A stretch of DNA of 64,000 nt from Eledone cirrhosa. Taxonomy: Eukaryota. The stretch is from assembly GCA_964016885.1 (NCBI GenBank), contig OZ024741.1, forward strand, positions 298,468,001-298,532,000, in the 5' to 3' direction. Each line of letters begins with the position of its first letter. Position 1 is the first letter of the stretch. This document shows positions 57,591-64,000 of this stretch, piece by piece. Position numbers and translations under genes: made by a program. The notes beneath the pieces were generated by a model, which did not search any database, was not told where the DNA came from, and saw only the letters and a list, made by a program, of their open reading frames with translations.

Positions 57591-58586
57591 AAAGTTTTAT
57601 TTAAAATTGTTGGGTTACAACAAGTAAATATTTTATAACTGATATAAAGCACTCGACAAGTTTTTCACAATATGTATAATGAAATAAATATGGTTTTATA
57701 AATATAGTTTCCATTTGTCTAATATCGTATATATATATATATATATATTCTTCTATGAGGGCGTTATTTTTGAATGCATGTACATACATTTTTCTATTCT
57801 TTATATTTATTTATATTTTATTTTTATTTTTTCTATAGATTTTGTATACTCAGGTATATTTCTGATTTGATTTTAAGAGGAAATAGATTTTTTTTTATAT
57901 GTATCTATGTATGTGTATATATATATATGGGCATTGGTGTGTGGGTGTGAATATATATGTATTTTTACATGTGTGTATATATGAATGTGCATACCCATAT
58001 ATATTTGAGTGTTAGGTATACATTTATGTCTTTATTGTTTATGTATGTGTATATATATATGTAGGTATATGTGTATATTTATGTATGTTTGTATATGTAT
58101 ATATATATTTATATATATGTATATATTTTTACATATGAGTGGGAGTATGTATGTATACATGTATATTCATATATGTGTGTGCATATCTATGTATATATGT
58201 ATGTATATATATATACATGTGTATGTGTATATATGTGTATATGCGTGTATGTATTTGTATGTGATTATGTATGTTATATATGTACGTGTATGTGGATTTA
58301 TAACTATATTTGTATATGTGTGTCTTTATTTTTCCTTCTTATCTTTTATAATATTTTTTTTTATCAAAGTTTATATTTCTTTTCCTATTTATCATCTATT
58401 AATTTTAAAAATAAGTTTTTATAGTAATCTGTTAGAGTGGTTTGACGTTATATTTCTGTAGTTCGACAGCATACATTTTCTATACATTATGGCATAATTT
58501 CGGATTTTTAAATGTAAACAATTTCTTTGGCTGCAGGCTGTCGAGTGTTTTGGTGAGGTTATAATGAGGTTTTTAATCTTAAATAA

Positions 58587-58633
58587 CTGATTTTGACGAG
58601 TCCCAGGAAGGGGACGAAACGTTGGTAAATCAG
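58587..58633 (+). ncRNA. Hammerhead motif with TTGACGA (C3U) core
   Basis: ctgatt TTGACGA gtccc-aggaag-gggac GAAAC gttg GTA aatcag. Confidence 0.75.
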
Positions 58634-58845
58634 CATTTAACGTAAAAACGTATTTGGTGTCTATTTTAATGAATAATTTGTTTCATGTGTAATTATTATG
58701 TTTAGCACAATATTATTTTGTATACATGCCTCTTTGGAAAATTATTTCAAAGAAGTATGAAACAGCCTTTTTTTTACTGTTTATTATAATAAATTACTGT
58801 ATTTCGAGCGGGTTTTTAGATTGTTTTTGTAAAAAACGATATCTA

Positions 58846-59005
<160 letters not shown>

Positions 59006-59042
59006 ATATATATATACATTAATATATATACAGTACATACAT

Positions 59043-59088
<46 letters not shown>

Positions 59089-59161
59089 GCACTTACATAC
59101 GATTATTGGATGTATTCTTATGGATACGTTCATCAGAGATTCACAGCATGATGACTATCAC

Positions 59162-59195
<34 letters not shown>

Positions 59196-60142
59196 GTTAC
59201 CAAAAGTATACATGTATAAACACCACCACCACACACCCATACATACATATATAAACTTCCTTCCTCTCTCTCCCTAATACACATATGCATATATATCTGA
59301 CTTGCATGCAGACATGCCGTACACGTTGTTTGGCAGCATTTCAACATGGCGTGAAATGACAATTAATAAAGTCGTGAGGCGCTGAAGCAGAAATTTTGAG
59401 AATATTGTAATGTAATCCATTACTAATACTTAGTCTTGATGTTCAACGTATGTTTACCTGCTGAATGATTATATATTTATTTTTTATTGCAGCCACGCAA
59501 TCTGTATGTATGTATGTATGTATGTATGTATGTATGTATGTATGTATGTATGTATGTATGTATGTATGTATGTATGTATGTATGTCGGGAGAGATGACCC
59601 CTTAGCTTTTGTCAAGGCAGAATTCTAGGAGAAGGAAAACTCTGATATAACACCTGCAACCCTGATGGTATCCAATGATGTTGACTTGTTCTTCTTTTTG
59701 GTAAATATCATCTTGGTTAAGAGAGTGGGACTGGCTTTGTGCAGTGCCTTTGCTCACTATAAAAGCTTCATGGCACAGGCATTGCTTTATATCTGGAGAT
59801 CTCTTTGCACTTGTCATCACATGGTACCATGGGCCCAGCACTATGTGTCAATAATTGTCACAAGTGTAGTGTCTGTACCAGAGTTTTCAAGTCGCTGGCT
59901 GGACTAAAAAGTCACACTCGTTCAGAGCATCGGTAGGGTTCTCCTACACGGATATAAAGTAGTGGCCGTACTCGAAAACGAGTTGGCAGCCACCATGTAT
60001 GTATGTTATGTATGTATGTATGTATGTATGTATGTATGTATGTATGTATGTATGTATGTATGTATGTATGCATGCAATATGTGTGTATGAATGTGTGTAC
60101 GTATGAATATCTTCATGCACAGGCATTGCACGATAGAATTAA

Positions 60143-60251
60143 TTAATTCTTTCTACTTTTTGGCACAAGGCCAGCAATTACCCAGTACATTACTGGTACT
60201 TTATTTTATCGACCCCGTAAGGATGAAAGGCAAAGTTAACCTCGGCGGGAT
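60143..60251 (-). mobile_element. SINE 3' half
   Basis: Shared core, truncated at the B box. Confidence 0.8.
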
Positions 60252-60395
60252 TAATTATTAATAATGGTATATCATGCAATGGCCATACTCGATAACGAGG
60301 GGGCAGCCATCATGTATGTATGTATGCATGAATGTATGTATGTACGTATGCATGTAATTCGTATGTATGCAATATGTATGTATGAATGTGTGTAC

Positions 60396-60448
<53 letters not shown>

Positions 60449-60579
60449 CATATATACACATATACACATATTCATAAGATGTCTGGACGTGAGCTCAAAC
60501 ATATGTTTATACATAATCATATCTATGGATGTAAATATATAGAAATTTCTATTTCGCCATTCTTATTCTTATATGTATG

Positions 60580-60678
<99 letters not shown>

Positions 60679-60846
60679 GTAATTAGCATGTAGGATTCGC
60701 CCTACATAATGTGACACTTGACAGGCCATTAGGGATGAGAATGAAGCTAGATAATGGCCCGCAAACAGTCTACTTCATGTATTGCACATTCCATCAACGA
60801 ACACTGTGAGCAGTTACATATGCGTGAAACTCTTATTTCTGCATAT

Positions 60847-60964
<118 letters not shown>

Positions 60965-62297
60965 TTGGCGCTCTGAAATAGCTATATATATATATATGAA
61001 TGAATATATAGTGTATTTTGCAATACACTGTATGCTTAATTAAAAGCATTTCGAAGACCTTATGCTATTATTTTAGAGTAGTGACAGTCTCACTTACTTT
61101 CAATTTTTCAGCAAACAGGGGCAGATAAAGCTGACAGAGCTATGTTTCGTACTGATTCGTACTTATCAAAGCCAAGTACCATTAATGTTTCTTCTTTCTT
61201 TATAATGTATTATATAGCTCTGATAGTGAGTCAATCTAATCCATTCAGATTATTTTGTCCCTATTTATCATAGAGCAACAACGGTTAAGGTTGGCACCAC
61301 ACAAATTCAGGGATATATGTGTGTATATGCATGTATATATATGTATTCGCATGTATCTGTGTATTTCCTTTTATTGTCTATAACTCCCTACGGTAGAGTA
61401 ACCACTGAAGTATAGTGACTGCTGTCAAGCTTACACTATTTACACTTCTAGCTCTCCTTAGCCACCTCGTCTGTAGCCTAGATATTAATGCCACCTCCGC
61501 CATTTGTGGTACTTTTCTCTTGGTTGTAAGAGGCTTAACCCTGTTTCTTGACCGATGTATCACGTGATCAGTTCCCCCTACGCCTCTCCGGGATTCTCCC
61601 TCACGCCTTGCGGACGTGTTTTGAAACTTTAAATGAGGTATTCTCTCGATAAGTTGGCAAACCTCACAAAAATACTGCATACATGTCTGTTTTCGTTTTT
61701 CTTTTTTGTTCAGTTATACTATATAAATAAATAAATAAATAAATATATATATATATATTACACGGCTCAGAAATACTCTTTCTTTCTTCGAGCTATTTCA
61801 TTGTAAATGATTGCCTGAGATTTGAACTCATTATTATTGATTTTTCACTGCTCCTTCGTTGAGCTGATTTTAGCCCCATACAAACGGCTGTTATTTCTAG
61901 CAGCACGAGTATGAGGCTAGCTAGACACTGGATAACCGCATGAGGTTACCTCGTGCGCTAAACAGTCTTCCTAAATATTTTGAAGTGGAACATACCAATT
62001 TTTATAGTGCTTGCTGAGGAGATCAAAATGCGTTATTTTCTTCCACTTTTTCATTATTCGAAACATATTTGGATTTTAAGGTTTAAACCTGTCTACGGAA
62101 CAGGTTTGATTTTGTCCAAGCACTACGGCCATTGCCAGTACAATTTGTTTTTGTTGATTTATGATGTATTATCTTAAGTCATGATAGGCAAACTGTAATA
62201 TTATTATTAGTATATTTCTATCTAGCTAACTTGGTCATTTACAATACAAACATAAATATGAGGATATTTGTGTTTATCAAATATATTGATTTGTGTT

Positions 62298-62723
<426 letters not shown>

Positions 62724-62724
62724 G

Positions 62725-62755
<31 letters not shown>

Positions 62756-62768
62756 TTATATATATATG

Positions 62769-62815
<47 letters not shown>

Positions 62816-62816
62816 G

Positions 62817-62884
<68 letters not shown>

Positions 62885-63155
62885 CATATATATGTCTCAT
62901 TTGAAATAATACAGCCAATTTTCCACGCAATACTTTTAGTTAGCACCCCGAACATATAATTGGGAATATAATCACTTATTTCCTAATGTTTGTTGAGTGA
63001 GTTGGAATTTGGCCGGAGTATCGCTAAAAATCTTTCTCCGATATTGTATTTATTTATATATATATATATATTTATTAAAATAACAGATTAAAGTTTAAGC
63101 AAAGAATCGCTGCTTTCACCCTTAACGGGTGAAAAATTTATTATATATAAATATA

Positions 63156-63912
63156 TAATGAGACTATTTTGAGTTAGAAACTCAAAATAGTCTCATTACA
63201 GTAAAATTAGCTCTAGGAAAAGGTTTTTCCGAGCCGTATAGTATAACTGAACAAAAAAGAAAAACGAACACAGACATACATGTATGCGTTCAAATCGTAA
63301 TGGACCAGAAACGCTAAGGTGAAAAAAATACTAACTACAGATAATAGATTTTGCTAGACTCAATTTAAGAATAAATCAAGAAAAATAAATACAAACCAGT
63401 ATTGTGGTGACTACCCATCAACTGGACGGTTTTTGATGGAACCGTTTCGCAATATTATTTGTGAAGAGGTATATCAAATTCTTAGCTCATCGGCGGATGA
63501 AGAATTAGAATCCTGATCACTTCTAAATAAAATAAAGAACTGGATAGTGTGTGTATATGGTTTCCGAACTTAACGCGTCACGCAGACTCACGTCACTAAA
63601 CATGACAGCCGTGTCTACACGACAATTGAATTAGCTCTACGAATTAACGGAGCCAAATATATGAAAAGCATGTGTTGAGTTAGAAACTCAAAATAGTCTC
63701 ATTACAGTAAAATTAGCTCTAGGAAATAGATTTTTCCGAGCCGTATAGTATAACTGAACAAAAAAGAAAAACGAACACAGACATATACATGTATGCATTC
63801 AAATCGTAATGGATCAGAAACGCTAAGGTGAAAAAATACTAACTACAGACACTAGGGTTTCCTAGACTCAATTTAAGAATAAATCAAGAAAAATAAATAC
63901 AAACCAGTATTG
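63156..63912 (-). mobile_element. ~506 bp tandem unit (1.5 copies) containing a degenerate HHR
   Basis: 63171-63403 is repeated at 63677-63912; tcatccg CCGATGA gc..gc GAAAC ggtt..aacc GTC cagttga at 63418-63500 (-); fragments at 61680-61735 and 63925-63980. Confidence 0.65.
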
Positions 63913-64000
63913 ATTTGAACGCAAACATGTATAAGTCTGTTTTCTTTTTTCTTTTTTGTTCAGTTATACTATATGAATAAATACACACACACACACACAC

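Noticed and set aside
59600-59990. Possible LINE 5' region (ggagaaggaaaactctga)
   Set aside because: Only a short resemblance, with no coding support.

Overview
AT-rich animal genomic DNA, probably an octopod cephalopod (inferred from the SINE family and huge (TA)n arrays, not verified). The first 4.5 kb hold three spliceable exons of a host gene ending in a transmembrane helix. The rest is mostly (TA)n/(CA)n microsatellite colonised by Penelope-like retroelements (PLEs) of Naiad type: one near-intact 773-aa RT + Zn-finger + GIY-YIG ORF and five endonuclease-only remnants (one repeated in the duplication). There are also about ten tRNA-derived SINE copies and one 5'-inverted RTE-type LINE end. 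Reading by eye, the non-coding parts carry more than 20 type I hammerhead-ribozyme (HHR) motifs from about a dozen families. These include three unrelated families with the compensatory U3-A8 core, recurrent U4 variants, HHRs split by 90-105 nt rod-like stem II inserts, and ~470-510 bp circularly permuted HHR tandem units resembling non-LTR retrozymes. Many insertions are fold-back palindromes that turn either at HHR stem II or at a (TA)n tract. Positions ~12.1-22.6 kb are repeated at ~22.8-33.4 kb across a 200-N gap, most likely an assembly overlap. All folds and alignments are manual, repeat edges are approximate, and no ribozyme activity has been tested.
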